DNA from: Carcharhinus longimanus
Taxonomy: Eukaryota
Length of the DNA stretch: 64,000 nucleotides
Assembly (NCBI GenBank): GCA_030264375.1
Contig: JASCQW010000098.1
Coordinates: 13,159,653 to 13,223,652, forward strand
Reading direction: 5' to 3'
The notes under the pieces: model-generated
Database searches by the model: none
The model's input: the letters and a program-made list of their open reading frames with translations, nothing else
What the model was told of the DNA's origin: nothing
Program-made: the position numbers and the translations under genes
Shown here: piece after piece, positions 23,918 to 36,595 of the stretch
How the letters are laid out: every line of letters begins with the position of its first letter
Numbering within the stretch: the first letter of the stretch is position 1

Positions 23918-24203
23918 GCACCCAGTGGTTAGCACTGCTACCTCATAGCGCTAGGGTTTGATTCCTGGCTTGGGTCACTGCCCGTGCGGAGTCTGTACAT
24001 TCTCCCCGCTTCTGTGAGAGTTTCCCCCAGATGCTCTGGTTTCCTCCCACAGTCCGAAAGATGTGCTGGTTAGGTGCACTGGCTATGCTAAATTCTCGCT
24101 CAGTGTGCCTGAACAGGTGCCGAGTGTGGCAACTAGGGGATTTTCACAGTAACTTCATTGCAGTGTTAATGTAAGCTTACTTGTGACACTAATGAACCTT
24201 AAA
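23918..24203 (+). mobile_element. HE1/V-SINE-like element, tail B (cacagtaacttcattgcagtgttaatgtaagc...)
   Basis: Same head and central domain as tail-A copies, different 3' end. Confidence 0.85.
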
Positions 24204-25337
24204 CTCCTGTTCTTATGTTCCTAGCATGAAAAAGATTTGTCCTTCATTTAACCTGCACCATATCCTATGTTAAAGCTGGAACTGAGTACAAAAAGGGAAC
24301 CTGAGCAAACTGTTGAGCAGGAACAGGAAGTTTGACCCTTCTCACTGGTGGGCTGTAGAGAAACCTTTGACAGTATTTTTAATTTGAATTATTTCTGGTT
24401 ATTGCCACATGCTTATTTAAAAAAATCAGTTTGGGGATAATAAGAACATAAGAAATAGGAGCAGGAGTAGGCCATCTAGCCCTTCGAGCCTGCCCCGCCA
24501 TTCAATAANNNNNNNNNNNNNNNNNNNNNNNNNNNNNNNNNNNNNNNNNNNNNNNNNNNNNNNNNNNNNNNNNNNNNNNNNNNNNNNNNNNNNNNNNNNN
24601 NNNNNNNNTATCAAACGCCTTTTGAAAATCTAGAAACACCACATCCACCGGTTCCCCTCTGTCTACCGCACTAGTCACATCCTCAGAAATCCAATAAATT
24701 CATCAAACACGACTTCCCCTTAACGAATCCGTGCTGCGTCTGCTCGATCAAACCATCAAATAGCAAGATATTTTCTTATACCAATGGCCATCTTCAACTG
24801 CACTCAAAGCAATGCCAATGAAAACATACACACCAATTTCAAACTGGTCTAGGTCCAATTTGGAGGCAATCAGGTTATGAAATAAACTTTAAAGGCTGAG
24901 TATGCAGCATCCATGCATGACTTAATTTTTCACATTTTTGATAACTGCATTCAAACCACTGCTCCCAGTGAAGACGAAAGACAGCATTTTCCAGTTACCC
25001 TGAACTGGCATGACCACAGGTGCAAAAACAGACTAGAATAGATATCCATTAAAGAAAAATGAAGAATCATTACTTTAAAATAATGCAAACGTGTCCACTC
25101 AAACATTAACCTCTTCTCCTTTCATAGGCTGATAGATCTTTGTAATTCAAGTAGTTTTGATTCAAGAATCTCATATTTTTACCAGGTAACAGACTTTTTC
25201 ATACTCCTGGCAAGAACCAGAAATCACTCACTCAAAAGAAAAGCATTTTGGAAAAAAATTTACTATCAAACATTCCTGCCAATAAATACGCATTTCAAAA
25301 TAAAATTATGAATTGCTCCTAAATAAACACTTCTTAC

Positions 25338-25496
25338 CTTTCCCACCTTGACAGAGTGCACCAGTCTCCCTGCCACATTGTCCTTTATTGTTCACACCAA
25401 ATGTCCATACTTCTCCATTCTTAGTCAATACACAGGCATGAGCTTTACCCATTGCTACCTGCGTCACAAAGTGACCCTTCAACTCAGTCACAAGAC
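25338..25496 (-). CDS. MYCBP2: MYCBP2 exon 14 (159 bp), GLVTELKGHFVTQVAMGKAH...NNKGQCGR...QGGK
   Basis: aaatag acceptor, AAG|GTAAGA donor; RCC1 repeat motif VWTFGxNxxGQCG. Confidence 0.97.
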
Positions 25497-25612
25497 CTAT
25501 TTATAAATTTATATTAAAAAAATGAGAATGTGCTTAACCAAATAAAGAACACTGAAGAATGTTTTTACAGATGTAAACAAACATTATGCATTAGCAATTT
25601 TAGATTACTAGC

Positions 25613-25777
25613 CTGAGTTGTCACAGTAAACAGCATCTTTGCCAAACATGTACAGTTCTCCATCTTTTGTTGTGATAGCGCTGCTTCCATTGTTACATGC
25701 TGCATATACTGCTATTTTACTTTCGATTTTGATCATTTTCTTTGGCTTATAAGGCTTTGGCTGGCGTCTGCTTTTAG
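25613..25777 (-). CDS. MYCBP2: MYCBP2 exon 13 (165 bp), AKSRRQPKPYKPKK...KDAVYCDNS
   Basis: ttgtag acceptor; donor must be CAG|GCTAGT (GC) because the nearby GT creates a TAG stop; ORF 25608..25805. Confidence 0.93.
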
Positions 25778-26757
25778 CTACAATGAAATAGAGAACCCAA
25801 GTCAATAGTTATACATTTCAGTATTTGAAAGGAACACAGTTTGGAGATAATTAACTCCTTTAAAGTATGGATTATGCTATGCACAAGTTCATTTCCAAAC
25901 TCTCAAGCTTCCAAACTTCTCTAGGGAAGACAACTGCATCAAAATTATATGACTAGCAGGTGGAATGGGAATACTTCTGTTTATGCAGTATACCCACCTG
26001 GAAACATGGTCCCCCAAGGTGAGGTGTTTGCGCATCAGCTTATATGCCAGATTCAAGTGGCAACCCAAATAAATGAACATGGCTGTGCCATGATGCAGGT
26101 ATTTCCAATTCATTACTAACAGCTGGAAGGTAATCTCCTCCAAATGGGACATCAGTTTTAAAAGTTTGCCTATATTCTGCTCCCTATTCCCCATCTCCTC
26201 AGGACATGAAAAAGTACTCTCCAACTTCTCCCAAGATGGTAATTCAAGTAAACCAAATACAAAAGAAAACTTCTGAGAAATAGCAGTTAGATCAATGACC
26301 TAGAAAGTAGAGTAAATATTTTTCTATTTCATTGTCTTAGACAGCAAATTTTTGTGACTCATGTATTCAGTCAAACATGAGATACCAGGATGTAATATGT
26401 TTTTCTATTAAGAAATTTGTTTTCAGTATTTGTAGATCTGGAGACCAAAAACTTAAAATATTACTCGTATTTTTTAAAAATAGAGTGTTAGATTTGAGTA
26501 ACAAAAGAATATTAAAAAGGATTCTTTTGGGACTCCTCAAATATCCATTATAGGGTTCCATCAAAATCAGTTCCATCAAACCCAAAGGCACAAACTATTT
26601 TCATGTTTGCTGCCATTCATAGCTGCCCAACACTTCAATTTTACCCTGCTTTTGAAGAACTAATGCTCTGAAATGGCTGTGCAGATAGTTATTTCAAACC
26701 GGAATACTAGCATTAATACAATTTATTAATTAAATATGCCCACTTTGAAGCTTGTAC

Positions 26758-26962
26758 CTGATTCACCATCCTCTCCTTTACTAGCTAAGCCAGTGAAGAA
26801 AACGCTTCCATCTTCAGCCACCATTAAGGCATGAGAGCCATCATGGCCCACAGAGAACTGTACAATCTTTGGTGATTTGGTGATGGGTAGTTCAACCCAT
26901 TTCCCTGCAGTCGGACCTCCTTGTTTGATTCCAAGGCTCTGATATTTACCAGTATAATACAT
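26758..26962 (-). CDS. MYCBP2: MYCBP2 exon 12 (205 bp), MYYTGKYQSLG...KGEDGES (RCC1-like)
   Basis: gattag acceptor, CAG|GTACAA donor; ORF 26726..26962. Confidence 0.97.
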
Positions 26963-27589
26963 CTAATCACAAAACAGGAAAGTTGTTTTAAAAACTGCAC
27001 AATTTAAATATGCATATTCCATCACATTGCAAATAGAGTAGCAACATCTATGATTTGTCTACAAATCTGCAAAAAGCTAAACGTGGTGAAATTTTTAAAT
27101 TGTAATTAAAAATGTAATTGGGATTGAAGGTGCTCATTTGTTACAAAAAATTAATGTTCCAAAACATGTACTCCATATTTTGGAATTAACCAAGTCGAAG
27201 GCTGGCTTTTGTCCAAAGTACAAATTTTATTCAGCCACGATAATCAGTTTTACAGCATTCTCTGCTAAGTTACTATAGCTATACAAGACCACATTACGAT
27301 ACTGAGTTAGTAACATTAATTACTTGCGATCAACCTCCTCGAATTAATGCATTTCAACTTCAGTTATGTCAATACCAATGTTCATAGATTAAGCTCGTCC
27401 TCAAAGTATGCAGACCACAAATTAGACATCTACTATATACATTTTGTCCTGAATTTTACAGTTAGTTTAGCCAGAGGCTTTCTGGGATCTACTGTATTTT
27501 GACAGTCTGACAGTTTCTACAAGGGGTGTGGAACCTGCGTGTCTCCTTAACCAATCACATTCAGGTCTCAGTTAGAAGCATCCCTGTTT

Positions 27590-27970
27590 CTGATCAAGTA
27601 TTCATGTCCCACTCAAAAGACTTGAGAAGAAGTATCCATGTTCACACTCCAGTGTAACAAGGACATTCTGCAGTGTTAGAATAGCCCTTTTTCCAGATGA
27701 AATGTTAAGCCAAGGTCCTGCCTGTTCTGAGATGGGCATAAAGTATCCAGTTATACAATTAGGAACAATAAAAATGTTCTCAGCAAAGTAACAGCCAATA
27801 TTTATAACTAAAATATCATAACTAAAAACAGATTATCTTGACAATATCACATTGCTGTTTCTGGGAGCTTGCTGCGTTCATACTGCAACAGTTTCCCAAC
27901 TTCAAAATAATCGCAGCAAATCATTTTGGAAAGACCTGAAAGGTGCTTTATAAACATAAATCTTTCCTTT
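27590..27970 (+). mobile_element. Decayed Deu-domain SINE
   Basis: Collinear similarity to 37205-37620 (gtcccact..gacttgag, cagatgaaatgttaagccaaggtc, atcacattgctgttt). Confidence 0.6.
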
Positions 27971-28309
27971 ATGCTGAAGGATCTGTACCGACATGTGTAG
28001 AGTTTAAACCAAGTGTAAGTTGAAATATTTGATTTAATGCTAAATCTCATGCAGAAGGGGAAATGGAGAGAAATGTGGAACTGAGAAATAGAAGAGGCAG
28101 AAAGGAAAAGTAAAAAAACTTCAAATCTTTGAAAACAATTACAACCTGCTGAAAATTAACTCCACATTTTCCAATTTTCAGCACCCGAAAGGCAACTTGC
28201 AGTAATATGGCTCATCACACCATTAAACCTTTATTTACATTTGAACAGTCAAACATCAACGTTTTCTGACATATAGTTACTAGATAAACAGATGAACTTT
28301 TTAAAATTA

Positions 28310-29420
28310 AATCATGCCATGTGGGTGACAGCAGCAATATCAGCTTTTATTAACCATCCCAAATTGCATTCAAGTTAGTGATGATGAGCTGTCTTCTTGA
28401 ACCATTGCTGCAGGTACACCAAGTTCTGCTATAGAGGGAGTTCCAGGATTTTGATCCACTGACAGGAAAAGAACATTGATATATTTCCAAACCAGGATGG
28501 GTAGGAACTTGCAGTTAGTGATGTTTTTAAATCCATTTATGGGAAGTGGGCACCATTGGCTAGGCCAACATTTGTTGCCCATCACTAATGGGCAGACACA
28601 TCCCTGAAGGACATTAGTGAACAAGGTGGGTTTATGACATATCAACAATGGTTTCATGATCAATAGACTTTAAATTCACATTTTCAATTTGCACTTCATC
28701 TGACGTGGTAGGATTTGAACTGGGTATCCTGAGCATCTTCGTGTCTCTGTATTACTGTTCCAGTGACAATATAACCTCTGGGTGGCAAAGTGGCAAGCAC
28801 TGCTGCCTCACAGTGCCAGGGACCCAAGTTAGATTCCCAGCTTGGGTCGTTGCCTGCATGGAGTTTGCATATTCTCCCCTTGTCTGCGTAGGTTTCCTCC
28901 CACAGTTCAAAAGACATGCTGGTTAGGTGCATTGACCTGAACAGGTGCAGGAATGTGGAGACCAGGGGAACATCACAGTAACTTAATTCCAGTGTTAATA
29001 TAAGCCTTACTTGCTACTAAAAAATAAACTTTAAATTGCCCTTGAATTCAGTGACTTGTAGGTCATTCATGAGTCAACCACAGTCCTATGGATCTGGAGT
29101 CAGATATGGGCCAGGCTAGTCCAGGTCAGGATGGCAGAATTCCTTCTCTGAAGGACATTAGTGAACCAGGTGGGTTCTTTAGAACATATCGACAATGGTT
29201 TCATGGTCATCAGTAGATTTTAAATTCACATTTTGAATTTCCACTTCACCATCTGACATGGTAGGATTTGAACCTGGGTATCGTGAGCATCACTGTCTCT
29301 GTATTACTGTTCCAGTGACAACATAACCATGCCACCATCTTGCCATGTGCCTTGCCTTCTGGGTCATAGGAGTCACAGCTTTGGAAGGTACTTCCCAAGT
29401 AATCTTGCCTTCACACCCCT
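28310..29420 (-). mobile_element. Nested cluster: LINE 3' end containing a reverse tRNA-SINE, itself interrupted by a ~175-bp duplicate and a V-SINE
   Basis: Direct repeats 28604-28776 and 29148-29328; LINE-like sequence resumes after ~29330. Confidence 0.6.
28780..29034 (+). mobile_element. HE1/V-SINE-like element, tail B
   Basis: Head ggtggcaaagtggcaagcactgctgcctcacag; ends aaataaacttt. Confidence 0.85.
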
Positions 29421-30036
29421 TCCTTTGTTTGAATGCCAAATCTCTCTACAGAATACCAAAAAAGTGAGGCTTCTGGAGGAACAAGGCAAGTTAGACTGCA
29501 ATTTTAACTGTACATAAGCAAAGGCAGGAAGCTGCTGTCTAATTTATTCCTTAATACCAGTTAGCACTGCTAGTCTCACTAATTATTCTTACTGCAAAAT
29601 CTAAGTCATAGCGGCTATTTAGTTACAGAACACAAGAGTAAAACAAATTATAATATCTGTCCTTTGAAGTTGAGCAATACAGTAGTTCCGAAGATTATGG
29701 ATGAGGGGCGGATCATGGAACGGTTCATTGACCTGTGGAAGGATTTTCTGGTTTCAGGGCGATCGTGACCAAAAAAATCCCACCCTATATACTTCCAGGT
29801 CATACTGTTGTACTATTCTAGTACTAAAGCATCTCTAATGTCAGGAGTTTTATTATACTATATTATGAACCTTTCACAAATAAAACATTTGGAAACATTA
29901 ATTCTTCACATTCCACCTGTGTATACTATTTCCTCATTTTCTTCTCTCTTTTGATACTGTCTTAAGTTTCAATTCTTCTTTTGCCTCCAACACCACTTTC
30001 ACATTTGCCAATCCCAAGAAAAACGTACTTGCTTTC

Positions 30037-30320
30037 TAAAGTTTATTTATTAGTGTCACAAACAGACTTACATTAATGCTGCAATGAAGCTACTGTGAAA
30101 ATCCCCAAGTCCCCACACTCCAGCGCCGGTTCGTGTATACAGAGGGAAAATTTAGCATGGTCAATGCACCTAACCAGCATGTCTTTTGGACTGTGGGAGG
30201 AAACAGGAGCACTCGGAGAAAACCCATGCAGACAAGGAGAGAACTTACAGATAGTGACCCAAGCTGGGAATTGAACCCAAGTCTCTGGAAATGAGACAGC
30301 AGTGCTAACCACTGCACCAC
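30037..30320 (-). mobile_element. HE1/V-SINE-like element, tail B, reverse orientation
   Basis: Reverse complement of the 23918 and 28780 copies (aaagtttatttattagtgtcaca...cagtgctaaccactgcaccac). Confidence 0.85.
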
Positions 30321-31037
30321 TTTGTTCAAAGTTCCAAGGGGAGCATTAAATATGAATGCAACATTTTAAAAATGGATTTTCATGAACTAAAATGGTCTTT
30401 TAAAGTCATTTTTTTTAAGTTCTCAAAAGGTCCAAGTAATCGCATATATCAGCTTACAGAGCCACTGTGAGCTAGCAAGCTTTTAATTGGTGTAGGATCC
30501 TATTGTTTCCTCCATTTTAGTGGCTCCCGGGTGTGCAAACTATGAACAAATTAACATTTTCCTAACATTTCACAGAAAAGCATTAAAATTAAAAAAATAC
30601 TGATTTGAAAAGATTCAAAGAGATGCTATATCTGGACAAAATCCAACAGATGCACAGAAGAGTGGATTATTTTGCCTTTACATTCTACATTTACTTTTTT
30701 TTAAAACAATGGCTTAATCAACTGAACAAAATTCCCATTTTCTCAAGAGGACCACAACTGAAAAAAAATCATTAATTAGTTGATAGAATATACAGAAATA
30801 GACAATCAACTCTTAAATATTTTCTATGCATTAAATGCCAGTAGAAAATGCTACAAAACACAAAGGGGCCCATGAATACGAAATTGCGCCTGTGTAAGGC
30901 ACAGATTGAGAGGGGAATTGGGAATTGGTTCAGGTGGGAATTTCTGGTGACCCTTTCTTCACTTTAAATTTAGATTAAGAGTTAGGCTCTTATTTTCAAG
31001 CATTGTTAATTGAATACCCTAGTTAAACAGGGAGCTA

Positions 31038-31175
31038 CATGGATGCTGGCAATCTGAAATAAAACAGAAAACGCTGGAAAAACTCAGCAGGCTTGGTGGC
31101 AGCATTTGTGGAGTTGTACAACTATACTTCACAGCTGCCTGAAGGTGACAGTTAACTGTCAATCAGCTGATAGTA
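31038..31175 (-). mobile_element. Truncated Penelope-type terminal block (hammerhead part missing)
   Basis: gatgctggcaatctgaaataaaacagaaaacgctggaaaaactcagcagg; nearby gacagttaactg also occurs in the 5260 element. Confidence 0.55.
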
Positions 31176-31329
31176 GTTGCCCTCAACAGATGTTATTTAA
31201 TGTAACAGAAAGCTGAGCTAGTTGGTGAATCCCAGAGATTCTACATAAAAGCAGACTCTACAGTCAGCAAGAGTTTCTATAGATACTGAAAAAGGAACAA
31301 AGCTAACAAAATGAGCAATGGTCCTGTAA

Positions 31330-32390
31330 AAATAAGTCTGGGAAATTAATAGTGAAAAACAAGGAAATGGCTGGTGAACTGAACTGGCATTTTGCATCTG
31401 GATGGTGAACTGAACTGGCATTTTGCATCAGTCTTCACTAGAGGATGCAAGTAATGTCTTAAAAGTAGCTATAACTTAGTGGGGGGGGGGAGGGGAGGTG
31501 CAGGTGGTGACGCAAGGAAAACTACAATCACCAAGGAAGTGGTGCTGAGAAAATTGTTAGAACTATAGGTTGAGAAGTCCCCAGGTCCTGATGGGCTTCA
31601 TCCTAGGGTCTTAAAATAAGTGCATAGTGAGATAGTTAATGTATTGGTTTTAATTTCTCAAAATTCTTTACATTCAGTGAAAGTTCCATTTGATTGGAAA
31701 ATGGCAAATAACTCCTTTATTCATAAAGGGAGACAGCAGGAAACTACAGGCCAGTCAGCCTTAAAATCTGTCACAGGGAAAACGTTAGATGCTATTAATG
31801 ATGTTACAGCAGGGCACTTAGAAAAATTCAAGGCAATCAGACAGAGCCAACATGGTTTTGTGAAAGAGAAATTATGCTGAACCAATCTACTGAAGTTCTT
31901 TGGATAAGTGATGTGCTATGGACAAAGGGGAACCAGTGGATGTACCGTGCTTAGATTTCCTGAAGGCATTTGATAAGGTGCTACATCAAGCGTTATTGCA
32001 GAAAATAAAAACACATGATGTCGGGGATAACATACTGGCATGCATTGAAAGTTGCCTAGTTAACAGGATGAAGCCAAAAACAGTCAGTTGGCATAAATGA
32101 ATCATTTTCTGGATATAACGAGTGGTGTGCCACAGGGATCAGTGCTAGGACCTCAACCTTTTACAATTTATATAAATGACTTGAATGAAGGGATTCAAGG
32201 TATGCTTGCTAAATTTGCTGATGTCAAAGATAGGAAGGAAAGTTAGTTGTGAAGAGAACATAAGTAGTTTAAGCAAGTGGATAAAAATCTGGCAACTAGA
32301 ATCATAAAAGATTAGCATGCAGGTACAGCAGGTAATTAGGGAAGTTAATATGTCAATTGTGAGGGGAACTGAACACAAAAATTGAGCCTG
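31330..32390 (+). mobile_element. CR1-type LINE reverse transcriptase fragment (frameshifted)
   Basis: ORFs 31620..31880 (QSQHGFVK) and 31918..32100 (LDFLKAFDKV); [11 protein letters not shown]...IYINDL...KFAD readable at ~32120-32222. Confidence 0.9.
31372..31429. repeat. 27-bp direct repeat with period 31 (tggtgaactgaactggcattttgcatc) inside a CR1 fragment
   Basis: Read directly. Confidence 0.9.
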
Positions 32391-32961
32391 AGAGGCCTGC
32401 TCCCAATCCGTATGTAATTCATAATGGTTGCATGACGGATTTCTCAAAATTCTAAAGTTGTAAAGTTTGTGCCTTAAATTAAAAGTAGAGAAATTACAGG
32501 CTGTTACCAGACAAAAGCAAAAAAAATCAACTTGTTATCCAGATACTTTCTACCTGATTGCAGTAAAATATCAAAACTGATTCAAGCTTCTAGCTGTTGT
32601 AGCTGAGGATATGATCAATGAAAAGCCTAAACATTAAGGCTGGTTACATTAGCAGATGAAATGGTTCATAGGTTCACATAGCTTCTTTTGTCCACTATTT
32701 TAGCAGAGGCATTGATACATTTCAATGGATTAGCACTTCTAAATAGCAGACAAAAAGCCTCACAGCATTAACCATCCATTAACTGACATCACCAACTGCT
32801 AGATTTTTAAAAATTAAAGTTAATATAGCCATTTATNNNNNNNNNNNNNNNNNNNNNNNNNNNNNNNNNNNNNNNNNNNNNNNNNNNNNNNNNNNNNNNN
32901 NNNNNNNNNNNNNNNNNNNNNNNNNNNNNNNNNNNNTTAATATAGCCATTTATCTACATAC

Positions 32962-33038
32962 CTTGCCGTTAGCAGTTTTCATTAGTGCAAACTCTCTGCC
33001 AGCTCCTACAACTGCTGATTCCTCATCAAATCCTGTAC
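32962..33038 (-). CDS. MYCBP2: MYCBP2 exon 11 (77 bp), STGFDEESAVVGAGREFALMKTANGK; start of RCC1-like region
   Basis: tatcag acceptor, AAG|GTATGT donor. Confidence 0.96.
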
Positions 33039-33729
33039 CTGATAAAATAAGAACACGTATGGGATTTCAGAATATGCAGAAGGATTTAGATTTGAGCATA
33101 AAGAGATGTATTTGAACATGGGTGTTAATCCAAGTATACTGATCATTCAATAACAGTGTCAGTAGAAATTTATGGGTGCATTTTTTTTAAACATAAAAAG
33201 GTATACAAAAGAACTACTTCTTACATCTCTTCCAGTTAGCGGTTTACTTATGAAAAATCACACTTGAAAGTGCCAACCAGAACTGGTTACACCTGTAAGT
33301 GCTGCTAATAATATGGGAGTTTCAATGTTAGCAGTACAGTGAATAGTGTGTATTGTGAATAAGTAACGACTGATGATGGTCATCAGTGTAAAAAGCAGGC
33401 AGCCAACAGGTCATGTGGTCGGGGTGGTGCAAATCAGCTTGCAGTGCAAAGACAGAGACGGCACTTGGGGAGTGGGGGGTGAGAGGAGAGAGAGAGAGAG
33501 GTGCAAGGCAGAACAAAAAAGGAGGCGAAAAAAGGGATGCAACATGAGGAGGAGGAGCAGGATGTAATGTAAAGGAAAAAAACAGGACAAGAGTAAAAGA
33601 GAGAAGAGCAATAACCAGATATATCTTCATGATCACAAGCCTGTGAATATTGTGCCTGTATTCATGTTGTGTAATAACTAAGCAAGCACATTTAGTTCTT
33701 GAAATGCAAGTTAAAAAAGGATTTATAGA

Positions 33730-34680
33730 GACAAACAATAGGAGCAGGAGGTGGCCATTCATTACGATCATCCAAATTCAATAGCTTGAACTCGCCTTCC
33801 CCCTATTTCCTTTGATCCCCTTCGTCTCAAGTGCCATATCTAAAAGGTTACTGAGAACATGCAATATTTTGGCCTCAACTACCTTCTATGGTAGTAAATT
33901 CCACAGGCTGACCATTCTCATTTTTGTCCTACATGGTATACCCTGTATTCTCAAACTGTGACCCTCTGGTTCTGGACACCCTCACCATTGGTACATCCTT
34001 CTTGCATCTACCTTATCCAGTCCTTTTAGAATTTTATAGATTTCTATGAGATTCCTCCTCATTCTTCTGAGGTCCAGCAAAAACAATCTTAACCAATTCG
34101 ATCTCTTCTCACATGTCAGTCCTGCCAACCCAGGAATCAATCAGGTAAATCTTTGTTGCATTCACTCCATAGGAAGAACATTCTTCCTCAGAAAAAAAGA
34201 CCAAAACTGCACACAATAATCCAGACCCTGCATGACTGCAGCAAGACATCCCTCTTCTTGTACTCAAATCCTCTTGCTATGAAGGCCAAAATACACTTTG
34301 TTTTCTTTACAGCCTGCTGCACTTGAGTGCACTTACTTTCAGCAACTAATATACAAGGGCACCCTGGTCTTCTTGCACATTCCCCTCAAATCAATAGCCA
34401 TTCAGATAGTAATCTGTCTTCCTGTTTTTGCTAACAAAGTGGATAACCTCACATGTAACCACATTATACTGCATCTGCCATGCATTTGCCCCATTTCACT
34501 CAATTTGTCCAAATGACACTGAAGCAACTCTGCATCCACCTCACAGCTCACCATCCCACCAGCTTCGTAACATCTGCAAATTTGGAGATATTACATTCAG
34601 TTGGGATCCTAGCACTGATCCCTGCAGTGCCCCACTAGTCACTGTCTGCCATTCGGAAAAAGACCAATGAAGAAAATAGC
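33730..34680 (-). mobile_element. CR1-type LINE 3' fragment
   Basis: aataggagcaggag..ggccattc tail and ccaaaactgcacacaata (reverse of YCVQFW). Confidence 0.8.
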
Positions 34681-34760
34681 AATCGACCAAGCTTGAAAAC
34701 AAAGATGAAAATAACAACTGACAGTTTCTTGATCTGCGTAAAAATTATCCATTTCAATTA

Positions 34761-35328
34761 GCACAGTGGTTGGCACTGCTGCCTCACAGTGGTTTGCATC
34801 TCCTCTCATGTCTGCGTAGGTTTCCCCCAAGTGCTCCGGTTTCCTCCCACGGTCCAAAAATGTGCAGGTTAGGTGGACTAGCCATGTTAAATTACTCCTT
34901 AGTGTCCAAAGATGTGTAGGTTAGAAGGAGCTTAACCATGGTAAATGTACAGGGTTACGGGTATCGGATTTAGCTAAGTTGGAGTTGGAGTGTTAGTGCA
35001 GACCTGATGGGCTGAATAGCCTCCTTTTGATGGGTGCACTGCTGCCTCACAATGCCAGACATCGAGGTTCAATTTCCAGCTTGAGTCACTGTGTGGAGTT
35101 TTCATGTTCTCCCTTGTGTTTGCATGCGTTTCCTCCAGATGCTGTGGTTTCCTCCCACAGTCCAAAGACGCATGGATAGGTTGACTGGCCATGCTCAATT
35201 GCCCCTTAGTGTCAGGGAGATTAACAGTGTAAATACGTGGGGTTATAGGGATAGGGCCTGGTTGGGATTGTTGTCAATGCGGGCTGGATGGGCTGAGTGC
35301 CCCTTTCTGCATTTAATGATTCCATTCT
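34761..35328 (+). mobile_element. Two head-to-tail HE1/V-SINE-like copies, tail A (~34761-35030, ~35035-35328)
   Basis: gcactgctgcctcaca head and cctcccacagtccaaa core each occur twice. Confidence 0.8.
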
Positions 35329-36324
35329 TTGAATTATGGGGGAAAGATTCTTACTGACTAACGAGTGTAACATGCGATAATACAATATTATGTACCACAG
35401 TGAGTATACTGCGAATTAATGGTTAAAAAACAGGCTGAGTCACCACACACTTTTAAATTACAGTCTTTCACCTGTGGGCATAATGACACTACAAGCAAAT
35501 GTTGTCTCTAATGCATTTTTCACACAAAAGACGACATGACACAGAAACCTTTAGAAAATAAGGTTGCAACCCACTCAGCAATTTTAATAGGTATTTATAT
35601 TCTAAATCTAAGCATTTGTTTCCTCATCAATTTGGTCCACTCATTTTCTCCTACCCAGTCCTCAAGTCATTAACTCCTCAGCACACAGCCTCTTTGAAAG
35701 CCTTCAAAGGCTGACCTACTATTACCTGAGAACAGATTGTTTAAATGCGGCAAGAGGTAACCAAAGTTTGTTCATGACATATGGGTGTCACTATTGGCCA
35801 GCATTTGTCATCCATCTTCAATTGCCTTCAAAAGGTGCGTGGGTGAATTTTATTAAAATTTTAATTTCCACTTTTTTTTGGAGGGGGGGTGGGGAAGTGT
35901 TAAGACTTTCACACCTCCTCTCCCACCACCACACACCCCCAACCCCCAAGACCTCTAGTATTACTGTCCCCAAGTCTCAGTGTCAGCTGCTACATAAAAA
36001 TTTTACAACATTGGAAGGAACTACAGAGATAAATGGCAGCATGAGTCATGCTAGCCACCGTGATAGTTTAGATGTCCAAATTCAATGCTAAATATCTAGC
36101 TCATTCATTACTGGCTGTGTGGTCTGATAGTACATTCCATTGACACACAGAAGAGAGAGTTCATCGTCAAACATCTTTAAATTCAATCATTGAACATCTG
36201 CGAACAAACTAGTAGAGGAAAAATGTTTATACCAAGTGAAAAAAAACACAATGTCATGTAATTATTTCCAGACATAAACATCTTTTCAAAACAAGCAACA
36301 AGAAAATAAATCAAGGATCCTTAC

Positions 36325-36463
36325 TAATAATGTGCAAGTCTTTTTCAAGATCAAACAAGGAGAGCCCACAAGCATGTAGACACTTCCTGGCTAGCTTGAG
36401 CTGCAGTTCCTGTTGAAGAACAGGCTCAGTGCTTGTTGCGTATATCCGAACTACAAAACCATC
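36325..36463 (-). CDS. MYCBP2: MYCBP2 exon 10 (139 bp), DGFVVRIYATSTEPVLQQELQLKLARKCLHACG...DLHII
   Basis: ttgtag acceptor, TTA|GTAAGG donor. Confidence 0.96.
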
Positions 36464-36595
36464 CTACAAGGGAGAAGGGACAAAAATATTATTGATTACT
36501 TTGTGTAAATCTCATTAAGCAATTACACTACCACCATAAAAATATTTTAATGCAAATGTGTTTGTAAACTTCACTGTTACAACTAATATACTTGC

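Noticed and set aside
32820-32953. Direct repeat ttaatatagccatttat flanking a 100-N run
   Set aside because: Identical sequence on both sides of a gap indicates overlapping contig ends; the same pattern (cggaga) flanks 43875-43884.
33328-33771. 147-aa hydrophobic ORF as a membrane protein
   Set aside because: Arises from a low-complexity purine-rich tract and a CR1 tail; no recognisable domain or splice structure.
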